Source of the DNA: Elusimicrobiota bacterium
GTDB taxonomy: Bacteria > Elusimicrobiota > Elusimicrobia > F11
Reading direction: 5' to 3'
Assembly (NCBI GenBank): GCA_046153645.1
Contig: JBJXGI010000090.1
Span: forward strand, 1-27,225
DNA length: 27,225 nucleotides
Shown: piece by piece, positions 17,665 to 26,435 of the stretch
Layout of the letters: each line of letters begins with the position of its first letter
Numbering within the stretch: position 1 is the first letter of the stretch
Program-made: the position numbers and the translations under genes
The notes under the pieces: generated by a model
The model's input: only the letters and a program-made list of their open reading frames with translations
What the model was told of the DNA's origin: nothing
The model's database searches: none

Positions 17665-20207
17665 AATAGAACAGCTCGAAAAATAATGGCGGTATTTTTA
17701 ACCCTGATTTACTCTTCAACTCAGGTTGTATTTGCTTCTAAAACAGAAACAAGTTTTTGGGAAGATCGAAAACCCCAAGTCTCCCAACTGGCTTCACTTC
17801 CGAATTCTGTTTCACCCGACTTTAAACCAAGTCATTTGTTAAATCAATTACCAAACATCAATCCAAGTTTATCCGTTTTACCCAAATGGACACCATCAAA
17901 CACTTCATCCCATCAAAAATGGTCTCACAATTTTCAATCACTAATTGACGCAATTCCCCTAAACGCAGCCAACATTCAAGATATTTATTTTTCACAAAAC
18001 AATTCCGCATTACCAACGTTGACTATTCAAGACGTCCATTTAAATGCCGAAGCACAATTTAATATTGCAAGCGTTCTCCAAGAACTAATTCAACAAAATC
18101 AGATTTCGCTTATCGGAGTTGAAGGTGCGTTTACAGAACTCAACTTCACACCATTTTCTAAATTTAAAGACAAAAGAAAAGTAAAAGAAATGGTTTAAAA
18201 GCAGAGGCGTTATTTAAAGCTCTTTCTGAATTAGAAGAAAACCTTATTTCAAATTTAGTGACATCTAAGGAAGAAAAAGAGCTATGGGTTTTAAGTGACT
18301 ATATTTTATTAAGTAAAAAGTTAGTTGATTTTTCATTAACGCCTGATGAATGGGGGAAATATAAAGACATACTTAGTCAAAGTAAAGGCGTACTTCGTAC
18401 AAAATATGAAGAACTGGGTAGCTCTTTGTTTCCATTTGAAGAATTTTATATTGAGGCTGATATTCGTAGTGAGAAGATGGTGGGGAAACTACTTCAAAAC
18501 GTACTTAGTCAAAGCAAAGGCGTACTTAGTGAAAAGGACAAAGAACGAAGTACGCCTTTGCCGTCACCAAGTACGTCTTCAGTCTTAATTGTCGGCGGCT
18601 TCCACACTCCCCAAATCACATCACTCCTTCAAAAACAGAAAAATTCTTATGTTGTTGTGACTCCCAAAATAACGAAATTAGAAACTCTAGCGGGAAGTTT
18701 TTACCTCAGCACTTTTTCTCAGAAAAAAAACCCTTTGGATCAATTGTTTGATGGGGAGAAGCTTTTCGTTAATCCTGAATGAGTTAATGGAGAAGCAGTC
18801 AAAGTTAAAATTTATGGAGGGCTTTTAGCACGGCTCAAAAATGTTTTTTCTTTTTCATGGAAAGTAAATGACCGCATTCATCATTTCAGGGTTAAGGTCA
18901 TAAAAGAAAATGATCCAACAAAAGATCAAATCGTTTTATCTCTCAAGGATAAAATGACGCTTATTATCAAAGGACTATTAAAAATCAAACAAAATAAATT
19001 TATTCCGCGCATATACGCGTTCTACACGGTCGTCCTCGCCGCTCTTTGGGAAACCTACGCTTTTCAACACCAAACATCAGGCAGTACTTTAAATATTATC
19101 GGAATTGCATTTGTGTTTTTATTCATGCATTTGCTGGTCATATGGATGGTGCGAGCGGTAAAACATGGGTGGAGTCGTCCCATTAAAAAGTCAGACCTCT
19201 CAACCGCATTCAAACTCCTCATTCCCACAACATTATTTGCTCTTCCATATTTCTTCTTAAACCACAACCTCGCAACCGGATTCGCTGTTATTACCCACAT
19301 GCTTTATAACGGAGTGGTTCTTTATTTGCGTTCCTTTGATGTTAACTCTCGTGCGGCAAGGTTGGGGCGATGGTTGGCGTTGGGGTCGGTAGTGGATCCG
19401 AATGAAGAAGGGAGTGCGGGGCCATTAAGTAATCCAAATGAAATATTGATTGAATGGCTTTCAAAAACAGCTGTGGCTTTACTCTCTCAAAATGTTAATG
19501 GCGTATTAGGCGAAATAAAACCGATTGATCTTGATCGTTTCGGAAAACCTATTTTTGATGATCACTTGTCAATTATTACTGGTCTTAATGAATTATCAGA
19601 AAATACAGAATTCAAAGATCTTCTCTCTGAAAACCTAGAAAGCCGGATGGAGGTTTTTAATAATTTAACTGAGGAAGAAAAATCAACTTTTATTGATTTA
19701 CTCATTTCGGTTGTTTTAATGAAAGCAGGGAAATCCGATCATTTAAACGGAATTCTAAATCAATCAACAATTGGAGAAAAAAACCTTCTCATCTTAAGTG
19801 GAAAAACCGCCGGTTCAGACCGTCAAAAGCGCAACATCGGTATTATGTCAACTTTGCTTAAATGGGGCCCTGAAGCGGTGAATACGTTCGTTGTTGATGA
19901 TGATGCAAGGACAGAAATTCAACTCATTCAAGAAGTAATGAAGAAATGTGGGATGACTACAGTTCAGTTTAATATTGAAATAAAAAAAGAGCTAATTAAT
20001 AAACTTAAGAATAAAACAGTTTCCATTGAAGATGTTTATAAGCAATATAATAATCCGAATAATATTATTTTACCCGAAAACCTAAAACCCACTTTGGTTC
20101 CTTCTCATATCAAAGTTTTAACCTTTGAAGAGTTATTAACGCCTCTTGAATTCTTGAATATCTCCCAAATAGCGCAAAGGTTAAAAGTGATCCTCGTTGC
20201 AGCCTAA
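17662..20207 (+). pseudogene. Disrupted large exported/membrane protein gene (three track ORFs: 17662-18198, 18258-18782, 18954-20207)
   Basis: The frame of ORF2 is open from 18168, overlapping the ORF1 end (-1 shift). ORF2 and ORF3 share a frame and are separated by a single TGA (18780-18782), with 57 sense codons up to 18954. Motifs of one domain (IQDVH, VEGA / FY..A..R, GGFH) are split across ORF1 and ORF2. Confidence 0.7.
18366..18577. repeat. Three copies of a 33-bp element (two direct, one inverted) inside the coding frame
   Basis: 18366-18398 GACATACTTAGTCAAAGTAAAGGCGTACTTCGT; 18498-18530 AACGTACTTAGTCAAAGCAAAGGCGTACTTAGT; 18545-18577 reverse complement GACGTACTTGGTGACGGCAAAGGCGTACTTCGT. 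Confidence 0.9.
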
Positions 20208-20290
20208 TTAAAATAAAAAAAAACAAATAGACTGCCAACCTTGAAAATTCTAAAAGTTAAGTAGATTTATTTTTTTGGGAGGTCATTGTA

Positions 20291-21025
20291 ATGGATTCAT
20301 TATTGTCGAAACTACGAAGGTCACCTGAACTTATGTCAATGGTGAAAAGAGTAAGAGGTTATATTCCTATCAGTGATAATACGCGCACTGGCGCTCTCCA
20401 TCGATCGTGGGGAATGATTTTCTCCAGTCATATGAGAGGAGATTATCTCGAATTTGGCGTTTATCAAGGACGATCTTTTATTGAAGCTTATAAGCAATAT
20501 CAACTTTTTGCGAAATGGATGGCTGATGAAATGAAAAGTTCCGAGAGTTGGCGCAGAAAAGTGGCTCAAACTTATATCGATTATCAACCTAAGTTTTATG
20601 CCTATGACACATTTGAAGGAATGCCCGATAATAACGAAGGGAGTGTTAATTTTGCTAAGGGAACTTTTCTGGGAAATGAAGATAAAGTGAGAGCGGAATG
20701 CCTGAAAAATAGATTTCCTGAATCTTTGTTTAAATTAAAAAAAGGTTTATTTTCTAATTTAAAACAGTCAGATCTTCCTGAACGCGCAGCCATCATCAAT
20801 ATTGATTGCGATCTTTATTCTTCTGCGATGGACGCACTTAATATTTGTAAACCTCTTTTCCAACAAGGAACTATTTTATTAGCAGACGATTACAATACAT
20901 TTGCGGCTTCAAACAATGCGGGAGAACGCAAAGCGATAAAAGAGTTTTCTGAAAAAACAGGAATCAAATTTGAACCATGGTTTCCTTACCATTATATAGG
21001 TCAGGCCTTTATCACGCATATATAA
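20291..21025 (+). CDS. TylF/MycF/NovP-family SAM-dependent O-methyltransferase
   Basis: GDYLEFGVYQGRS, YAYDTFEGMP, KGLFS, INIDCDLYSS, LADDY; GGAGG SD. Confidence 0.85.
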   Translation: MDSLLSKLRRSPELMSMVKRVRGYIPISDNTRTGALHRSWGMIFSSHMRGDYLEFGVYQGRSFIEAYKQYQLFAKWMADEMKSSESWRRKVAQTYIDYQPKFYAYDTFEGMPDNNEGSVNFAKGTFLGNEDKVRAECLKNRFPESLFKLKKGLFSNLKQSDLPERAAIINIDCDLYSSAMDALNICKPLFQQGTILLADDYNTFAASNNAGERKAIKEFSEKTGIKFEPWFPYHYIGQAFITHI

Positions 21026-21076
21026 CCAGGTAAGTATTCTCATCTTTTATTAAAAAGGTTATCATTCACCTCCGTT

Positions 21077-22153
21077 ATGAATTCAGACCAACAATTAGAT
21101 AAATGTCGGCAACAGATTGATATGCTCGATGGAAAAATCCTTAAACTTCTTAATGATCGAGCGGTGATTGCTAAGCTCATTGGGAAAATTAAAGCTTCTG
21201 TTAAAAGTGAAGTTTTTTCTCCCGATCGCGAAATCAAAATTCTCAATCAATTAGCTGAGAAAAATAAAGGACCCCTTTCCGAAGAGGCCATTAATGATAT
21301 TTTTCAAACCATTTTTGTTGCCTGTCGCTCACTTCAAAAAAGAATTCAAATTGCTTACTTAGGTCCTGAAGCCACCTATACCCATCAAATGGCGATAAAA
21401 CATTTTGGTCGAGGCGCTGATTTTATAGCAATGCCGTCTATTTCTGATGTTTTTTTTGAAGTAGAGAGAAAACGAGTTGACTACGGTGTTGTTCCTATTG
21501 AGAATTCAACAGAAGGTGTGGTAAACCATACACTTGATATGTTTGTTGAATCAAACCTGCATATTATCTCAGAAAGGGAAGAACCTATTTCGCATGCGCT
21601 CATGTCCACCTCGGGAAATATAAAAAATGTAAAAACCGTGTACTCACATGCTCAAGCATTGGCTCAATGTCGGAAATGGCTTGATTCTCATTTGCCAGGA
21701 GTTGCCATTGAAGGGGCGGCCTCTACAGCCGATGCAGCGGTCAGAGCTGCACTTGATGCCAACTCAGCAGCCATTGCTTCTCAATTAGCGGCCCAGATTT
21801 ACCATTTAAAACCCATTGCTCTTAAAATTGAAGATTCTCCGGAAAATGCCACTCGTTTTTTAGTTATTGGCAGAGAAACAGCCAAACCAACAAAGCGGGA
21901 TAAAACCTCTGTTTTATTTTCATTAAAAGACCGAGTGGGAGCCCTTTATGAAGTATTGGAGCCCTTTCGTTCTCATAACATTAATTTAACTAAAATCGAA
22001 TCTCGCCCAACGAAAAAGAAAGCTTGGCAATATGTTTTTTATGTTGATTTTCTAGGACATCAAAGTGAACCTAAAATCCAAAAAGCTATTGCTCAATTAG
22101 AACAGAAGTGCGCTTCTCTTAAAATTCTTGGTTCTTATCCTTACGGAAATTAA
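21077..22153 (+). CDS. pheA: Chorismate mutase/prephenate dehydratase (P-protein)
   Basis: AroQ N-domain (RQQIDMLD...LNDRA), YLGPEATYT, PIENSTEG, NATRF, ACT domain with KIESRP. Confidence 0.96.
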   Translation: MNSDQQLDKCRQQIDMLDGKILKLLNDRAVIAKLIGKIKASVKSEVFSPDREIKILNQLAEKNKGPLSEEAINDIFQTIFVACRSLQKRIQIAYLGPEATYTHQMAIKHFGRGADFIAMPSISDVFFEVERKRVDYGVVPIENSTEGVVNHTLDMFVESNLHIISEREEPISHALMSTSGNIKNVKTVYSHAQALAQCRKWLDSHLPGVAIEGAASTADAAVRAALDANSAAIASQLAAQIYHLKPIALKIEDSPENATRFLVIGRETAKPTKRDKTSVLFSLKDRVGALYEVLEPFRSHNINLTKIESRPTKKKAWQYVFYVDFLGHQSEPKIQKAIAQLEQKCASLKILGSYPYGN

Positions 22154-23278
22154 ATGGTGAGTGATTCTTCTCAGCAAAAAATATTTTCGTCCCGTCTTGA
22201 ACTCAAAAATTTTCAAGCTTATAAACCAGGCATTTCTATTTTAGAGATACAAAGGCGCTACGGACTGAAAAACGTTATTAAATTGGCATCAAATGAGAAT
22301 CCAAATGGCAGTTCTTCGAAAGCTATTTCTGCCTATAAAAAAGCCACTGACGTATTTTCTCGATACCCTGAATCTCGTAGTACAGATTTAAGAAGTGCCT
22401 TAGCTGAAGCACATAAGCGAGACATAGGAGAACTTATTATTGGCGCTGGTTCTGATGAAATTATTGAGTTATTGGCGAAAGCTTTTTTAACACCAGACGA
22501 CGAAGTAATTGTTTCCGCCAGTGCTTTTCTTCAGTATAAAATTGCTGCGCATCTTATGGGAGCCAAGGTGATCGAGGTTCCAGTAAAAGATTTAAAACAT
22601 AATTTAGAAGGAATGTTGGAAGCCGTTTCATCGCAAACAAAATTCATCTTTATTGCTAATCCAAACAATCCAACTGGAACATATAATAATTATGATGAAG
22701 TGGAATTTTTTATTAAAAACTTACCCGATCATGTTATTCCTGTTTTTGACGAAGCCTATTTTGAATATGCCAAATTGGCATCTGATTACCCCAGTGTAGT
22801 AGAGGATTTTTATAAAAAAAGACCCATGGTTGTTTTAAGAACTTTTTCAAAAGTTTATGGACTAGCCGGGCTTCGAGTTGGATATGGGATTGCTCCAGAA
22901 AAAATAATTGAGGAATTAGATAAAATTCGTCCGCCTTTTAATGTGTCGGTTCCAGCTCAAATGGCTGCTTTAGCGGCATTTCGTGACGAGTCATTTGTAA
23001 AAAAATCGGTGGAATCAAATTCAATTGAAAAAAACAGACTTCAAGCGCAATTAGAAAAAATGGGGTTTGAATGCGTTCCTTCGGTAACAAATTTTATTTT
23101 ATTCAGAGTAGGCCCTAGAAAAGGGCGCTCTTTATTTGAAAAATTACTTGAAAAGGGTGTTATTGCCAGGTCTGTTGATGAATATAACTTACCTGACTAT
23201 CTACGGGTTTCAATTGGCACAAAAAAAGAAAACACAATATTTTTAGAAGCATTATCGGAGGTTTGGAAAGCATCATGA
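22154..23278 (+). CDS. hisC: Histidinol-phosphate/aromatic aminotransferase
   Basis: KLASNENP, GSDEII, NPNNPTG, DEAY, RTFSKVYGLAGLRVGY; located in the aromatic operon. Confidence 0.94.
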   Translation: MVSDSSQQKIFSSRLELKNFQAYKPGISILEIQRRYGLKNVIKLASNENPNGSSSKAISAYKKATDVFSRYPESRSTDLRSALAEAHKRDIGELIIGAGSDEIIELLAKAFLTPDDEVIVSASAFLQYKIAAHLMGAKVIEVPVKDLKHNLEGMLEAVSSQTKFIFIANPNNPTGTYNNYDEVEFFIKNLPDHVIPVFDEAYFEYAKLASDYPSVVEDFYKKRPMVVLRTFSKVYGLAGLRVGYGIAPEKIIEELDKIRPPFNVSVPAQMAALAAFRDESFVKKSVESNSIEKNRLQAQLEKMGFECVPSVTNFILFRVGPRKGRSLFEKLLEKGVIARSVDEYNLPDYLRVSIGTKKENTIFLEALSEVWKAS

Positions 23279-24291
23279 TTCTTACATTAAAACAAGGTAT
23301 TTCAAAAAAAGCTGTAGAAGGTGTCATCGCTAAAATCAAAGAATTAGGTTATAAGCCGTCTTTGTCAATGGGCGCTCAACGCGTTGTTATAGGCGTGATT
23401 GGGGAAAAAGCCATTATTCATAAAGATACATTTCAAGTCATGGAAGCGGTTGATTTCATTACGCCTATTTCTAAACCCTATAAGTTGGTTTCTCGTGAAT
23501 TCAAAAAAGAAGACACCATTATTTCTATTGGGAAAAATTTAAAGATTGGGGGAAAACAAATCGTTGTCGTGGGTGGACCCTGCTCTGTTGATACCAGAGA
23601 AAACCTTATGTTGAATGCCAGAGACATAAAAAAAACCGGGGCTCATATTCTGCGTGGCGGTGCTTTTAAACCTCGTTCAAGCCCTTATTCTTTCCAAGGT
23701 CATGGAGAAAAAGCACTCCAACTCTTAGCTGAAGCGCGTAAATTGACCGGGCTTCCTATTGTCACTGAAGTGATGGATCCAAGGCAAGTTGATTTGGTTT
23801 GCCGTTATGCTGACATTCTTCAAATTGGCGCTCGTAATGCACAAAACTTTGACCTTCTAAAAGAAGTGGGCATGATACGCAAACCCGTTGTTCTTAAACG
23901 GGGAATGTCTAATACCATTGAAGAATGGTTGATGGCAGCGGAATACATTCTTTCCGGAGGAAACCTCAATGTTATTTTATGCGAACGAGGAATCCGTACT
24001 TTTGAAACGGCAACGCGAAACACGCTTGATTTGAGTGCGGTACCTGTTATTAAGCATTTAACGCATCTACCTGTATTTGTAGATCCTTCTCATGGCGTGG
24101 GTGTCAGAGAATATATTATTCCCATGGCCAGAGCCGCTATTGCGGCAGGAGCCGATGGTATTATGCTTGAAACCCATCCCAAACCATCGGAAGCTTTATC
24201 AGATGGTCATCAGGCACTTCTTCCAACACATTTTCGTCAACTCTTTAAAGAAATAAAGGCGATTGCTGAAGTGGTAGGAAGAACAGTTTAA
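23275..24291 (+). CDS. aroF: DAHP synthase type I-beta with N-terminal regulatory domain
   Basis: GPCSV, RGGAFKPRSSPYSFQG, QIGARN, LCERGIRTF, DPSHG; start moved to ATG 23275 (ATGA overlap with hisC). Confidence 0.95.
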   Translation: MILTLKQGISKKAVEGVIAKIKELGYKPSLSMGAQRVVIGVIGEKAIIHKDTFQVMEAVDFITPISKPYKLVSREFKKEDTIISIGKNLKIGGKQIVVVGGPCSVDTRENLMLNARDIKKTGAHILRGGAFKPRSSPYSFQGHGEKALQLLAEARKLTGLPIVTEVMDPRQVDLVCRYADILQIGARNAQNFDLLKEVGMIRKPVVLKRGMSNTIEEWLMAAEYILSGGNLNVILCERGIRTFETATRNTLDLSAVPVIKHLTHLPVFVDPSHGVGVREYIIPMARAAIAAGADGIMLETHPKPSEALSDGHQALLPTHFRQLFKEIKAIAEVVGRTV

Positions 24292-25151
24292 TGATTCAAG
24301 TTGCTGTTATTGGTGTGGGTCTCATTGGTGGGTCGCTGGGTATGGCCCTTCGCCAAGTGAGAATTGATGGAAAACGTATTTTTCATGTCATTGGATTTAA
24401 TCGTTCAAAAAAAAACAACACATTATGTTTAAAGCGCGGTGCTGTTGATAAAATCTCAAAACAACTGCGCGATGGAATTTCATTGGCCGATGTTATTGTT
24501 TTGGCGATGCCAGTAGATCAAATTGAGCCCATCATGAAAAAGATTGTTCCCTGGTTAAAACCAGGATCAATAACAATGGATGTTGGGAGTGTTAAATCTT
24601 CGATAATAAAAAGATCTCATATTTATTTCGACAAAAGACCTGATCTCGCTTTTGTGGGATGTCATCCGATGGCTGGATCTGAAAAAACGGGAGTCGCTCA
24701 CGCCAGCGCGGATTTGTTTAAAGATGCAACCACCATTATTTGTAATGAAAAAAAGAAATCAAAAGCACTAGATTTAGTTAAAAAAATCTGGCAATCGGTT
24801 GGATCTCAAGTTGTTTTCATGGGAGCCGAAAAACACGATGAATTAACGGCTTTCACCAGTCATTTGCCTCACTTGATGTCATTTTCATTGTTTTCAGTTG
24901 TGAACAAAATTGCAAAAAAAAATCCGCTCATAAAAAAATTAGCAGCGGGATCTTTTCGTGATATGACTCGTATTGCGGGCTCAAGTGCGACAATTTGGAC
25001 CTCTATTTTTAATCAAAATAAAAAAAATTTACTCACGGCTTCTTCTTTGCTCCATCGTCAAATAAATAAAATAACTCATATGCCTTCTCATCAAATAACA
25101 AAAGAAATTCAAAAGATTAATCTCCAAAAAAAGAAATGGATTCACAACTAA
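24291..25151 (+). CDS. tyrA: Prephenate/arogenate dehydrogenase
   Basis: GVGLIGGS, DVGSVK, HPMAGSE, HD...SHLPH, SFRDMTRIA. Confidence 0.94.
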   Translation: MIQVAVIGVGLIGGSLGMALRQVRIDGKRIFHVIGFNRSKKNNTLCLKRGAVDKISKQLRDGISLADVIVLAMPVDQIEPIMKKIVPWLKPGSITMDVGSVKSSIIKRSHIYFDKRPDLAFVGCHPMAGSEKTGVAHASADLFKDATTIICNEKKKSKALDLVKKIWQSVGSQVVFMGAEKHDELTAFTSHLPHLMSFSLFSVVNKIAKKNPLIKKLAAGSFRDMTRIAGSSATIWTSIFNQNKKNLLTASSLLHRQINKITHMPSHQITKEIQKINLQKKKWIHN

Positions 25152-26428
25152 CACTGAATCCTGCTAAAAAATTAAAGGGACGCATTGAAGTTCCCTCTGA
25201 TAAATCTCTTACTCATCGATCGATTCTCCTATCTTCGTTGGGATTGGGCTCTTCACAAATTAATAATCCTTTATTATCAGAAGATTGTCTTTCCACAGCG
25301 CATTGTATGGAGTCTTTGGGGGTGAAGATAAAAAGAGAGGGAAAAACTTGGTTGGTAGAAGGGAAAGGACTGTGGGGTTTCCAAAAACCAAGCGCGCCTT
25401 TAAATTGTGGGAATTCCGGAACCACCATGCGACTTTTATCAGGAATTTTGGCGGCGCAAGAATTTGAAAGTGAACTTTTTGGAGATGCTTCACTTTCAAA
25501 ACGTCCCATGGACCGGGTTTCGAAACCACTCGAAAAAATGGGGGCTCAGTTTTATCTACAAAATGAGAAATATGCACCCTTTAAAATAAAAGGAACTCGA
25601 AAATTAAAACCTATTCACTGGAAAAACCCCGTTGCCAGTGCTCAAGTTAAATCAAGCGTGTTATTAGCAGCCCTTCATACAAATGGAGAAACCATCTTCG
25701 AAGAACCTTCCCTTTCTCGAGATCACACGGAGCGAATGTTTTTAGCTTGCGGCGTTATTTTAAAAACCGAAGGAACGAAAATAAGATTAATGGGCCCTTC
25801 TCAGTTGAAATCTCAAATATGGGATATCCCAGGTGATCCTTCTAGCGCCGCTTTTTTTGTTGTGGCGGGATTGTTATTTCCCGGAGCTGAATTATCTCTT
25901 CAATCCGTCAATTTAAATCCAACCCGAATTGGTTTTATTGAAGTACTTCAATCGGCGGGAGCAAATATTGATTTTAATAACAAAAGGTTGGTGTGCGGAG
26001 AACCGTGCGCTGATATTTCGGTTAAATCTCAAAAAAGGCTTAACGCTTTCAAGATCGATGAAGAAATGGCTCCTAAATTAATTGATGAAATTCCAATTTT
26101 AGCCGTTGCAGCCACTCAAGCACAAGGAATGAGTACTTTTAAAGGAATTGGCGAGTTAAGAGTTAAGGAAACAGATCGAATTACAGCCATAGTAGAAAAC
26201 CTTCAAAAAATGGGCGCCAAAATAAGAGAATTGCCTGATGGGTTTACCATTGAAGGACCAACAGCACTCAGGGGTGCTGAAATTAAATCATTTGACGATC
26301 ATCGAATAGCGATGTCCGGCGCTGTGGCGTCTTTGATCGCTTCAAGCCAAACACATATCGTCGGAAGCGAGTCAGTGGCCATTTCTTTTCCCACTTTTTG
26401 GGAAACCTTGCGAAAGTTAACTGAATAA
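25136..26428 (+). CDS. aroA: 3-phosphoshikimate 1-carboxyvinyltransferase
   Basis: DKSLTHR, GNSGTTMRL, SAQVKS, RDHTERM, ELRVKETDR, DDHRIAM. Confidence 0.97.
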   Translation: MDSQLTLNPAKKLKGRIEVPSDKSLTHRSILLSSLGLGSSQINNPLLSEDCLSTAHCMESLGVKIKREGKTWLVEGKGLWGFQKPSAPLNCGNSGTTMRLLSGILAAQEFESELFGDASLSKRPMDRVSKPLEKMGAQFYLQNEKYAPFKIKGTRKLKPIHWKNPVASAQVKSSVLLAALHTNGETIFEEPSLSRDHTERMFLACGVILKTEGTKIRLMGPSQLKSQIWDIPGDPSSAAFFVVAGLLFPGAELSLQSVNLNPTRIGFIEVLQSAGANIDFNNKRLVCGEPCADISVKSQKRLNAFKIDEEMAPKLIDEIPILAVAATQAQGMSTFKGIGELRVKETDRITAIVENLQKMGAKIRELPDGFTIEGPTALRGAEIKSFDDHRIAMSGAVASLIASSQTHIVGSESVAISFPTFWETLRKLTE

Positions 26429-26435
26429 ATTTGGA

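Noticed and set aside
18194..18200. Programmed -1 frameshift at TTTAAAA
   Set aside because: The heptamer is out of phase with the ORF1 frame (GTT TAA) and no stimulatory structure is evident.
18366..18577. CRISPR array interpretation of the 33-bp repeats
   Set aside because: Only three copies, unequal spacing (99 and 14 nt), one inverted, no cas genes.
18780..18830. Selenocysteine or genetic code 4/25 reading of the in-frame TGA
   Set aside because: No SECIS-like hairpin or Cys-type context; TGA terminates iscS, sufS, sufD, hisC and plsC; Trp is encoded by TGG.
21012..21073. Minus-strand 17-codon ORF (MITFLIKDENTYLVIYA) behind GGAGGTGA
   Set aside because: The SD abuts the ATG with too short a spacing, and the transcript would be antisense to pheA; likely chance.
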